This document shows positions 40,616 through 51,789 of a DNA stretch of 64,000 bases, piece after piece. Origin of the DNA: Octopus vulgaris (lineage: Eukaryota); NCBI GenBank assembly GCA_951406725.2, contig OX597814.1:171864001-171928000 (forward strand), read 5' to 3'. Under the pieces are notes generated by a model that made no database searches, was not told the origin of the DNA, and saw only the letters and a program-made list of their open reading frames with translations. A program made the translations under genes and the position numbers. Within the stretch, counting starts at the first letter, position 1. Every line of letters begins with the position of its first letter.

Positions 40616-40840
40616 AGGCAGTGAGCTGGCAGAATCGTTAGCACGCCGGGCGAAGTGCTTAGCAGCATTTCGTCCGTCTTTATGTTCTGAGTTCAAATTC
40701 CGCTGAGGTCCGCTTTGCTTTTCATCCTTTCGAGGTTGATAAATGAGTGCTTGTTGAGCACTGGGGTTGATAAAATTGATTTACGCCCTCCTGCAAAATT
40801 TTGGGTTTTATGTTTAAAGTAGAAAAGATTATTATTATTA
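40616..40840 (+). mobile_element. SINE-A with old-type tail, flanked by (ATT)n on both sides
   Basis: Full head and body; ends ...aaagtagaaaagattattattatt. Confidence 0.85.
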
Positions 40841-40856
40841 CTGTTGTTGTTGTTGC

Positions 40857-40927
<71 letters not shown>

Positions 40928-40984
40928 TTGCTGATGTTGTTGTTGTTGTTGTTGCTGCTGCTGCTGCTGTTGTTGTTGTTGTTG

Positions 40985-41124
40985 TTCAGGTCACAGTCTG
41001 GAATGGAGCTCGGAATATTGGGGTTAGTAGCCAGTGCTCTTAACCTCTACGCGATATGCCTACGGACATAGCGCGGGCTATTAACCCCCAAGATTCCGAG
41101 TTCGATTCCATGCTGTGACCTGAA
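40985..41124. mobile_element. Head-to-head inverted pair of short tRNA-derived elements
   Basis: 40985-41035 is the imperfect reverse complement of 41071-41124; A/B-box-like motifs; anticodon-arm-like gggcta(c/t)taaccc. Confidence 0.7.
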
Positions 41125-41189
41125 TAAAAATAATAATAATATAGAACTGTAAACTATCTATATATTACAGAAAAAAAAATCGTTACTGA

Positions 41190-41257
41190 CCAGCCATGAG
41201 ACTCGAACTCACATCCCTGTGATTACGCGTCAAGTGCTTTACCTCGAGTTAGAACTA
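41190..41257 (-). pseudogene. tRNA-Thr(CGT)-like pseudogene or SINE head
   Basis: Minus strand aggtaaagcacttgacgcgtaatcacagggatgtgagttcgagtctcatggctgg: D-loop, CGT anticodon loop and TTCGA T-loop; acceptor stem not intact. Confidence 0.45.
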
Positions 41258-41749
41258 ATAGAATAGGTTTTTCAAACCGGGTCCAGCTCTTCATACATTC
41301 CCAAATATACTATTTCTATCACCACACAATATTCAGGTCGTGTTACTATAATGGTGGGGGGCATTGTTCGTAGCAGTGATGGAAGAGTTAGTAAGGAGTC
41401 GGGGTGAGACCGAATTTGCATTGTTTATGCTGTTTTTATTTTTAGCCCCACATTATCTCTTATCAAGAAAACATATACCCAAAATGCATTGCGGCCGTGA
41501 CTTTACCCGTGCAACTACCAACGTCGCGTCAGTTCTTTCAACTTATACCTTACTCCCACTCTTGTCACTCATATTATATCTAGGACTACATTATCCAGTG
41601 TGTCCTTACTTTTTTTTCAGACAGAGCAGACTGTAATATCAAGCGGATTTAGTATTTGTCTTTAGCAGTTCGAGAGGCAATATAGAGGCACATTAGTTGG
41701 TATTTGTGGTTGTCATGGAGTTATTTGTAATTATGTAACATCCAGAAGA

Positions 41750-41965
41750 AAAGCGGGTTGAATTGACAGAATCGTTAGAGCGTCGAACAAAATTATTTGC
41801 GGTATTTCTCATGACCCATTAAATTCTGAGTTCAAATCCGAGGTCAGCTTTACCCTTCATCTCTTCAAGGTCGACAAAATAAGGTACCAGTCAAGTACTG
41901 GGTAAATATGTTCGACTAACCCCTTGCCTTCAACATTTCAGATCTTGTGTACGTGTTAGAAACTA
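41750..41965 (+). mobile_element. Diverged SINE-A with old-type tail
   Basis: gacagaatcgttag...ctgagttcaaatcc...tttcagatcttgtg. Confidence 0.7.
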
Positions 41966-43111
41966 CCATTTAATATACATATCAATCTTGATGGAGCGTA
42001 TATTTGATCCAAGTCGTTCCAGCTGTGGCCATTCCTGCTACTTTGTATATGGGTGATTACATTGTTCAATGTATGGACCATTGTTCAATGTAAAGAAGAG
42101 AGTGAAGATTGACGAAAGCACTCGGCAGCCATTTTGCCGGTCTCATGTATGTGTGTGTGTTTGTGTGTGTGTGTGTATATATATATATGTGTGTGTATAC
42201 ACACAAACATATATATATATATATATATACATATATACATATAATATATATATAGTATATATGTATATACAGAGAGAGAGTGTGTGTATATATGTATAAT
42301 TGTGTGTGCTGTGTTTGTGTACTCAGATGTGTGTGTGTGTGTGTATAAGCACATACATATGATATATATATATAACAAAAGGACACATATGCACATGTCT
42401 CTATGTGTGTATAAATAAATAGGTACGTATATATATACTCATGGATAAATATATGTTTATATATGTATATATATACACTTATATATATATATATGTGTGT
42501 GTGTATGCGCGCGGTTGTGAGTGTGTGAGTGCATGCATGTATATATATATGTGTGTGTATATTTATGCATATATATATATATATATAGCGCATACAAACG
42601 CACAAATATACACCAACACACGTATACACGCACACATCCCCACTCTCACTGACAGCCAATCCATCATGAAGAAGAAAAAGAGACTCGACTGTAGAATTAG
42701 ACGGAAGGACAAGTCGAGTAAAGTGGCGGTTAGGTGAGTTGTGGCAAATGCGATAATGGTGGTTGAGGGCAGCTTGCAATCGCACAGAGACATATGTCGA
42801 AGGCCTGTGTAACGAGGGCGCATTGGAAAGCCTGCAGGGATCCATGGCAAAAATACGGAGAACAATAAAACAAATAATGTGGTATAGGCAGTAGGTGCGC
42901 CTGGCTGGTTGGCTGGCTGGCTGGCTGAGTGTATACGTAGGAAGATATATGTGTTTATGAATTATACCTTACACGTATGTTATGTGTGTGAATTTGCAAC
43001 CTATCTCTGTGTAAGTATGTATGTATCTATCTTATGTATCTATGCATTTGTGAGTGTATATGTGGGGGCATATACTCTTATGCACGCACGCGTGCATACA
43101 CACACACATAA

Positions 43112-43168
<57 letters not shown>

Positions 43169-43293
43169 TAATCCAAACAAGAAAACAAAAAGACAACAAC
43201 GCAAAGAGGTGGTACAATTAAAGTATTATTATTAGGTGCTCAGGAAAAAAGGGAAGAAGGAGGGTATGACGTTTCGAGCGGAGCTCTTCGTCG

Positions 43294-43324
<31 letters not shown>

Positions 43325-43327
<3 letters not shown>

Positions 43328-43657
43328 GGTGACCCAAAAGTAGGTTTGCAGTTATCACGTAGGCACTTTAAATTTCTTTTAAAACATTTATCATATTTAA
43401 ATTTCTATCCTACAAACTGAAAAAGGGAGCTTGACAAAACTAAATTAGCGTAGTATAATGGTTTCAGATTTTCTAATAATTAAAATCTAAACTGAGTGGC
43501 TGTGTGGTAAGAGGCTTGCTTACCAACCACATTGTTCCGGGTTCAGTCCCACTGCGTGGCACCTTGGGCAAGTGTCTTCTACTATAGCCTCGGGCCGACC
43601 AAAGCCTTGTGAGGGGATTTGGTAGACGGAAACTAAAAGAAGCCCGTCGTGTATATG

Positions 43658-43739
<82 letters not shown>

Positions 43740-43996
43740 TGTGTCTGTGTTTGTCCCCCCAACATCGCTTGACAATCGATGCTGGTATGTTTACGTCCCC
43801 GTAACTTAGCGGTTCGGCAAAAGTGACCGATAGAATAAGTACTAGGCTTACAAAGAATAAGTCGATTTTTTCGATTAAAGGCGGTGCTTAAGCATGGCCG
43901 TAGTCAACTGACTGAAACAAGTAAAAGAGTAAATGTTAATATATGAATGCGAAAGAGATAGTTCAATAACGGTAAACCTACTTTCGGGCCACCCTG
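43325..43996. mobile_element. Tc1/mariner-type MITE carrying an inserted SINE-B
   Basis: TIRs cagggtgacccaaaagtaggtttgcagttat and ataacggtaaacctactttcgggccaccctg; TA flanks. Confidence 0.75.
43494..43931 (+). mobile_element. SINE-B, full length
   Basis: tRNA-like head (tggctgtgtggtaag; gggttcagtccc), CORE-like ccttgggcaagt, internal TA/TG microsatellite, tail agcatggccgtagtc...gaaacaagtaaaagagta. Confidence 0.9.
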
Positions 43997-44059
43997 TATA
44001 ATACGCATATATATAAACGAGTATGTTTAGAAACGAAAGAAAATGAACTCAATTCATGA

Positions 44060-44288
44060 TGTAGAGTAAAGGCAACAAACTGTCATAATCGTTTGTACGC
44101 CCGGCAAAATGCTTGGCGGCATTTCACCCGGTTTTACGTTCCTAGTACATAAATTCCGCCGATGTTGACTTCGTTCTTCATCCTTTCGGGGTTGATAAAA
44201 ATAGGTACTAGTTGAGGACTAGGGTCGATGTAGTCGCATTACCTCCTCCCTCGAAATTAATGGCCGCGTACCAAAATTTGAAACCAAT
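44060..44288 (+). mobile_element. SINE-A with old-type tail
   Basis: Ends ...ggccgcgtaccaaaatttgaaaccaat. Confidence 0.75.
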
Positions 44289-44299
44289 ATATGATATAG

Positions 44300-44713
44300 T
44301 CCACAACGTGTGGACAATGTTGAAGGCAGACGTGAAAAGAGTGAGCGCTTTTGAAATGTGGTGTTACTGCAGAATCCTTAGAGTGTCGTAGACGGAGAGA
44401 AGGACGAACAACTGGGTACTAGAAAAGCTCGGTTGCGAGATGACGCTTCGGCGAGACATCGTGAAGCGGAAGCTAAGGTTCTTTGGCCACGTCATGCGCC
44501 GAGATGGACTTTAGCGAACGATCATAACAGGTAAGGTGAACGGCAGACGTAAAAGAGGCAGACTACCCACTTCTTGGCTGAGAGACATCACAGCCACAGG
44601 ATTGTCTTTATTCTCAGCTGTCCTTGGGGTAGAGGACAGGAGAAGGTGGCAAGAAACTGTGATGACCACAGCATCACATAGTGCGACACCTGACTAGGAT
44701 GATGATGATGATG
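44300..44713 (+). mobile_element. 5'-truncated RTE-clade LINE with (GAT)n tail
   Basis: WTMLKADVKRVSAFEMWCYCRILRVS*TERRTN...RKLRFFGHVMRR...GKVNGRRKRGR is the RTE C-terminus; duplication atatgatatag on both sides. Confidence 0.85.
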
Positions 44714-46705
44714 ATATGATATAGAGTTGATATTAGAAATCAGTTTAGGATTCTAACTGTTACCACTCAGATTTTTCACATTCGTCTAGACGTATGCGTG
44801 GGCTCGTCCAGGCAATATTTGGTGAATGGAAGTAACATAGCATCAGTGGCAAACTAGTTTAGCTAATACTCATTGATCAAGGTGTAAGAAGTGATCCAGT
44901 ATATAGAAGCCAAGAAATATCCTTATTGCTTGACAGTTATTGTGTAAAAAAAAAAGAACTCGATTCCGACCTAGAATCACCTGGAGGAAGGTGCTTCACG
45001 ATGTACAGAATCGTTTGGGTGTGTGGTGAATCGTCACTCCGTAGATTTCTGAAATTATGGAAGCTTTTCAGGGAGAATTTTTGTTCTCTGATGATGATGA
45101 TGATGATAAGGTAATACACCTCTGATATACGTTTGTGATATCACTGGATGTTTTAATATGTGCGACTTCTTAGTTGTGCATAGCTAGATTTTGGGAACTC
45201 AGTTTGTTGCAAAGTATCAAAGCCGATAATGGTTCTCTTTTAAAACCTGCGATCTTTGAATTTTCAGTCGAATTGGAACAAGATCGAGGAAGTAGTCCTG
45301 TCAGTACTTCTTCAAAATATTATAAATATGCTGTATGTCCTTACTTTGGAAAGGCAAAAAACCCTTTGATTAGGCAGAAAGAGAAATTTCTATAGCTTCT
45401 AGTAGGCTCTTGGAATGCCAACTCACTTATAACTGATGTTGACCGAGCAGGAATAGATGTCCTTAATGTTACTGGTCTCAAATGGATTGTTTTATTTGTA
45501 TTATAGGTGGGAACTATCTTAGCAGAGACACTACATCCCTAGCAATACTAGTAGCAACATTTAGAATGAATAGTGGAGAAAACCAAGTTACCTTCATGTT
45601 TCTCACACACACTAACACTCAGAAATAAAAGAATATATTTTTGAGGTATAAATTATTACTGATTTACTCATATTAATAGGTTCTTACGTTGCACACCAAT
45701 CTTGGAATCTGTATGGTTACTCTCGTCAAGCTCCTCGAACTAAACTCATATAGAAACTGAGAGTTGAGTATTATATGATACGTATACATGGGTTACATAT
45801 GTATCAAACGCACAAAAATCACGCACGTGCACACAAACAATTTGCAAAATCTGTGTCAATACATGCAGAAACTGTGTACGTTTGTAAAATATGGTTATAA
45901 TATAGTGTCATACATTAACTGGTGTATGTATTCCTTTACATACTTGTCGGTGTATCTTTCTATCTTAATTCCAGTTATACATCTATACATGTATACCGTT
46001 ATGTTATGATATAATATCATAATATATTGTGTTGCTAATATCATTGTATTATCTCTGAGGTGCAGGTATGCTTCATATCATACTTAGCATGTATTAATCT
46101 CAAGACGAGCAACAATTCTTTTTCTCTTCTACTAAAGCAGCACTCGTCTTCCGTATGTAGACAGATTCAGTAACTTGTTAAAATGACGGATCTGTGGGTG
46201 CGTGTATAGGATTCACAAGCTATCCTTGTTTATCAACCTGTCATGTGTATTTTTTTCAAGGCAGTTAGCAAAGTAGAAGCGCTAGTTTCTTTTCATTGCT
46301 TGTGTACATGTGCTTCACAAATACCTCAAGTGTATTATGGCTACATCTTACCTATAAATAAACGTATTGCTTCTACACATATGCACACAAATATACAACA
46401 CAAGTATACGTGAACAAAGAGACTTACACATATCCATACGTTGTTACGTAGACTAACATCTATGGCCTCCCTCACCGCCACCACTATCTCCAATTGGAAC
46501 ACAACGCCAATATATAATGTACAAAGAGCAAAGAGAAAACGTAAATGATAAGTTCGTGGGAAAGACTACATACGTATAAATAATATCGACAGCAAAGTCA
46601 TTTAATAACAAAGAGTGCATGTCATTTCCTTGAAAGAACGACACTTCCCAATTATACTGATATTGCATTCAGCACACTATTTCATATTCATAACCTTGCG
46701 AAATA

Positions 46706-47049
46706 AGGCGGCGAGCTGACAGAATCGTTAGCACGCCGGGCGAAACGCTTAGTGGTATTTCGTCTGCCGCACTGGGGTCGATATAATCGACTTAATCCGT
46801 TTGTCTGTCCTTGCTTGTCCTCTCTGTGTTTAGCCCCTTGTGGGTAGTAAAGAAATAGGTATTTCGTCTGCCGCTACGTTCTGAGTTCAAATTCCGCCGA
46901 GGTTGACTTTGCCTTTCATCCTTTCGGCGTCGATTAAATAAATACCAGTTACGCACTGTCCTTGTTTGTCCCCTCTGAGTTTAGGCCCTTGTGGGTAGTA
47001 AAGAAATAGGTATTTCACCCGTTTTTACTTTCTAAATTCAAATTCCGCT
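46706..47049 (+). mobile_element. Nested SINE-A trimer
   Basis: Two Tx1-type tails, each followed by ggtatttc. The outermost old-type copy continues at 48370-48490. Confidence 0.85.
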
Positions 47050-48369
47050 GGATCTTTCCTGTTTGGTTACCAGTGGCTCCAAAAATTAAAGTTTACTGAA
47101 AATTTTATAATTTGGCACAATGACACACTTTCCCAAACGGAACTGCTGGACATATTTCATTTTTTTTTTATTTCCAGAAAAATGTTTTAAAAAAGTTATA
47201 GAGGTTTAAAGTGTGTCGGATCTTTCCTGTTTGGTTACCAGTGGCTCCAAAAATTAAAGTTTACTGAAAATTTTATAATTTGGCACAATAACACACTTTC
47301 CCAAACGGAACTGCTGGAGATATTTCATTTTTTTTTGTTTCCAGAAAAATGTTTTTAAAAAGTTATAGAGGTTTAAATTTTGTTCATTTTCACCCAGTCA
47401 GGAAACAGGATTTGAAAGCTGTCATTTTGTGCGTGACTGCACATTTTGCTGTCAAAATCCTGAAAATAGAAGGTATTGTCAATATTTGTAAACAAAACGT
47501 GTTGTGTTTCCGGTAATTTTCTTTCATGCAAATAAATCTTATTTAGCTGTTATTTTTAGCACACCTCACAACCACCAGTATTTAATGCAAATGCGATAAA
47601 CAACATATTACATGCATTAAGCACATTACAATTTCTAACAGAAAGATTTAAAAGAATTAGATGAAAGTTCTCCGGTAATTTTCTTTAATGTAAATAAATG
47701 TTTATGTTAATTTAAAAGCGAAAAAGAGTTAGTTTTAAATCTGTGATCGAGGTGTTGGCAAATAAACTTTAATTTAAAAGATTTATTTAGCTGTTATTTT
47801 TAGCACACCTCACAACCACCTCAATGCTCAATAACGAAACGATACAAACATTAAACAAACAATTTAAGTATGTTTAATTACAATTTAAATGCGCTTAAAA
47901 AACAAACATTTAACTTTCGGTTTCAATTTTGAAAATATCCTCCTCTGTTTTTAATGTTTCCATAATAGAAGCTAAGTTACTGGAGCATGCTGCCATAATC
48001 GCACAGAACACAGAACACAACATCAAATTCGTCAACACGTGCTTCCTCGCAGATAAAAGACTTCTCAAAGACTGCTAGGATTCGCTTGTTACTATGGCAA
48101 CAGGCACGTTGAAAAAAAAAAAAAAGAGTTCTCATGTTCCGCTTCTTACTATCGAAATAGCCATGAATGTATCTGTGGCTTACGAATGGCTAAAATTACC
48201 AAAAATTTCAAACTTTAATTACTAATAACTCTTTATTTATTGATTTATAGGGAAAATTACTTTCACGTCATTAATTAGCCTATAAAAGTGTATCATTGCA
48301 CTGAATATGAAATCAATTCGAACAGTAAATTGACGGTGGCGGCCGCTGGCAACCAAACAAAAAATATCT
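47050..48369. mobile_element. About 1.3-kb non-autonomous TIR element (GGATCTTT terminus) with duplicated left end
   Basis: Left ggatctttcctgtttggttaccagtggc; right gccgctggcaaccaaacaaaaaatatc; 168-bp tandem duplication (units start at 47050 and 47218). Confidence 0.7.
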
Positions 48370-48506
48370 ACTTTGCCTTCTATCCTTTCGGGGTCGATAA
48401 AAAAGTACCAGTTAAACACTGGGGTCGATCTAATCGACTTACCCTACCCTTAGAACTTGCTAGCCTTGTGCAAAAATCTGAAATCAGTAATCATGCGAGC
48501 TAAGTG

Positions 48507-48660
48507 TCGTTAGCACGCCGGGCGAAAAGCATTTCGTCCGTCTTCAGGTTCTGGGTTCAAATCTGCCGCGGTCAACTTTGCCTTTCATCCTTTCGTGGTC
48601 GATAAAATAAGTACCAATTAAAAACTGGGGTCGATGTCATCGACTTACCTCCTCCCCCCT
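48507..48660 (+). mobile_element. SINE-A, partial old-type copy
   Basis: Body motifs present. Confidence 0.75.
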
Positions 48661-48984
48661 CGTTGAAGAGAGAGTGAGAGAGAAAAAAAGAATTCCTTAC
48701 AATGCATATTGATACGGTTGAGAAAGGCATCAAATTTGAATAATCGTGGGTAAAACACATAAGGTAATTCCCAAGCATTTTGCTTCATCTAAAAGAGAAA
48801 AAAAACCAACACCCCTACGAGGCGTCTCAGCCTTATTGAAATGGTAGCCAATTCTTCCATAAATTATATCCTACCACATTTTTTAAAGGGCAGAATGGAT
48901 ACAATGTTTTTCGAAAAAGACGGAATGAGTAAGGCTTAACAGTACCTTTGACCATAAGTTTACTCATTCAAGACTGAACAGGTC

Positions 48985-49016
<32 letters not shown>

Positions 49017-49232
49017 CTACTACTACTACTACTACAGAACAGCAACATCAGACATAATGTTTCTGTTGTTGCTACTTTTGTTGTGAAACATTTGAAAGTT
49101 TTAGAAACATCGAAACCAAAGACAGATAGATGAATGAATGAATGGATGGATGGATGGATGGATGGATGGATGGATGGATGGATGGATGGATGGATGGATA
49201 CATGGATGGATGGATGGATAGATAGATAGATA

Positions 49233-50485
49233 TGTTTCTTTATTAGCCACACAGGGCTGCACACAGATAGAACAAATTACAAGGTAGAGCTTTTCTTTTG
49301 AAGGTTTAAGAAAGAAAAAAAAAAAAAAAAAGGAAGGGGGAGTTTCGATCAAAAGGGATCGTAAAAGGAGAGAAAGAGGACAAAAAAAGAGGGGTTTAAA
49401 AAAAAGGGGGGAGGAAAAAATTGATCAATAGGGATCGTTATCACAGAAATGTCAATATGAAGTGTAAAGGGGAGGACAGGTGAGGTTTACCCGTGGAAAG
49501 AAAAGCCTACGGAAAAGACCACGGTAACCTCGGTCAATGATGTCACATTTTATATTTCTTTTTTTTTTTTTTTGCAAATAAGCAACTCTCTGTTTTCGAT
49601 TTCTGGGTTCATAGGACTATGCTCAAGGTGGCTTCGTCATTCATACGTGCCATTCTTGCTACATTCACCCATCTTTTTTTAAAACATTCGCTAGACAAAA
49701 CTTGCCTCTCTACTCTCACTTTCCTTTTCAAGTGGTACTTGAAGAAGTTGATGAGAGATTGACCAGAGAGGAAAGTGTTTGTCTCCAATCCTTTCAGACG
49801 CGTCCACCAGATACATTCTTTCGCCATAGCCACAAGGATGATGAAAATAGCTCTTCCTTCCCGTTTGAAGGAAGGAGGCGTGACAATATTGACGATAGAC
49901 TCAGCTGATAAACCGACTCGTCCCACACGTGACAGCAGTTGTTCGACATAAGCCCACAGGTCGGAAATTGTTGGACACTGAACGAGTGCGTGCAGAACGG
50001 TTTCGTCGCTCTGACCGCATCTCGGGCAGGTCGGCCCCGTGTTTCTCGAGCCGTGTCTGTAGAGCTTATCCCGAACGGGTAGCGCTTCTCGGTAGCACTG
50101 CCAGGCCAGGGATCTCTGGAAGTTGTCCATGGGCCCTGGCCCGAAAGTCGTCCTGAACAGGCGGGTCAGGTACTCCTCGTCGACGTCCAGGTTCGCCCCG
50201 AGCTCGTCGTCGTACCTCCCCTCCACTAAACCCCTATAGAATGCTTTGGTTGTGTTGAAGTCACTTAAGGTCGACCCAGGACGGCAGAGTTGCTTGAGAG
50301 CAACGCGACACTCGCGGTGCCATTCGCCCTTCCTCGGCCTCTTTTTGATCCACGACTGCAGTTCGGTCATGGAGACGAGCTGCGGGAAATCGTGCCTCAC
50401 AAACGGCGACCACACCTGTTCACCGTCGTCTACATAGAGCCAGAGATGCCGCAGTCTCAGCGCGTGTCTGCGCATCATCAACCAC
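49233..50485 (-). mobile_element. 5'-truncated Tx1/L1-like LINE (ORF2 C-terminus with zf-RVT-type zinc finger, plus 3'UTR) inside (GATA)n
   Basis: Uninterrupted frame 50485-49609 contains AWQCYREALPVRDKL...TCPRCGQSDETVLHALVQC...LW...AKECIWWTR, typical of L1/Tx1 ORF2. GC-richer than its surroundings. The N-terminal part of the listed ORF is microsatellite. Confidence 0.85.
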
Positions 50486-50570
<85 letters not shown>

Positions 50571-50590
50571 GTAGATAGATAGATAGATAA

Positions 50591-50623
<33 letters not shown>

Positions 50624-50780
50624 AAGAGAGAGAAGAGAATGAGAGAGAGAGAGGCGGAGAAAGGGAGTGAGAAAGAAGAGGGAAAGATGTTAAAAGACAA
50701 ATAGTGGAGCGAGAATTGAAAAAGAAATGGGAGAGAGAGAGATAGAGAGCGAAAGAGACAGTAAGAGAGACAGACAGAGC

Positions 50781-50812
<32 letters not shown>

Positions 50813-50860
50813 AAGAGAAAGAGAAAGAATGAAAAGCAAAAGAGAAATAAAGAGACAGAT
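50486..50860. repeat. (GATA)n followed by a GA-rich tract
   Basis: Directly visible. Confidence 0.9.
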
Positions 50861-51299
50861 AGGATGGAATGGCGAAGAATGAGAGTGTGGGAGGAGAATA
50901 GGAATAGGGTGGAGACTAAGTTTGTTATTTTAGCTAACCTCTTTATGACTAAGAAAACAACGGGTACAACAACAATAGTTTCTCATTTCATAACAACAAC
51001 AACAACGACGACAAGAGCAGAAAGGGTGGCATACATACACACTTCGCCATGTCATAGGTACTGCCCCCCCTTACCTCCCTACTTCATCTATTGCTAGTAA
51101 CTTACCCCCCAGCCCCGCACACACACACGCACGCACGCACGCATATACACATACACACAGAGACACACGGAGAGTGTGAGGTCTATCTAATTATGACACG
51201 ACCACCCACGCCTCCGCCGCCGCCGTCGCTGTCGACGTCGTGGTGGTGGTGGTGGTGGTGGCAGAACGAATGAGACTAAAGACAAGAAAGAAAAAAGAC

Positions 51300-51630
51300 A
51301 ACCATCGTTCGTCACCACCACCATCACCGCCATCATCATCATCATCGTCATCACCGCAGCCACCTTCACCAGCAGCACCACCAGTACCACCAGTACCACC
51401 ACTGCGACAACAATCCACTTCTCCGATATCCGTCGTTGCCGTCACCGTAGAAATACCATCGTCGTCACCGCTGCCGCCATCCGCCACCACCGGACCACCA
51501 CCACCACCACCGCCGCCGCCGCCATCCGCCACCACCGGACCACCACCACCGGACCACCACCACCGGACCACCACCACCACCACCACCACCACCGCCGCCG
51601 CCACCACCACCACCACCACCACCACCACCG

Positions 51631-51695
<65 letters not shown>

Positions 51696-51731
51696 GTTTA
51701 TTATCATCATCATCATCATCATCATTTTTAA

Positions 51732-51787
<56 letters not shown>
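51300..51787. repeat. Compound trinucleotide microsatellite (CAC/CGC, TAC, CAT, TAT)
   Basis: Directly visible; source of the Pro/Thr/His-rich ORFs. Confidence 0.9.
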
Positions 51788-51788
<1 letters not shown>

Positions 51789-51789
51789 G

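Noticed and set aside
44926-45395. Possible host exons in non-repetitive sequence
   Set aside because: Short ORFs on both strands, weak splice signals, no recognisable protein motif.
49609-50700. 363-aa ORF as a host gene
   Set aside because: The first 70 or so residues come from GA/TATC microsatellite; the rest is a 5'-truncated LINE ORF2.
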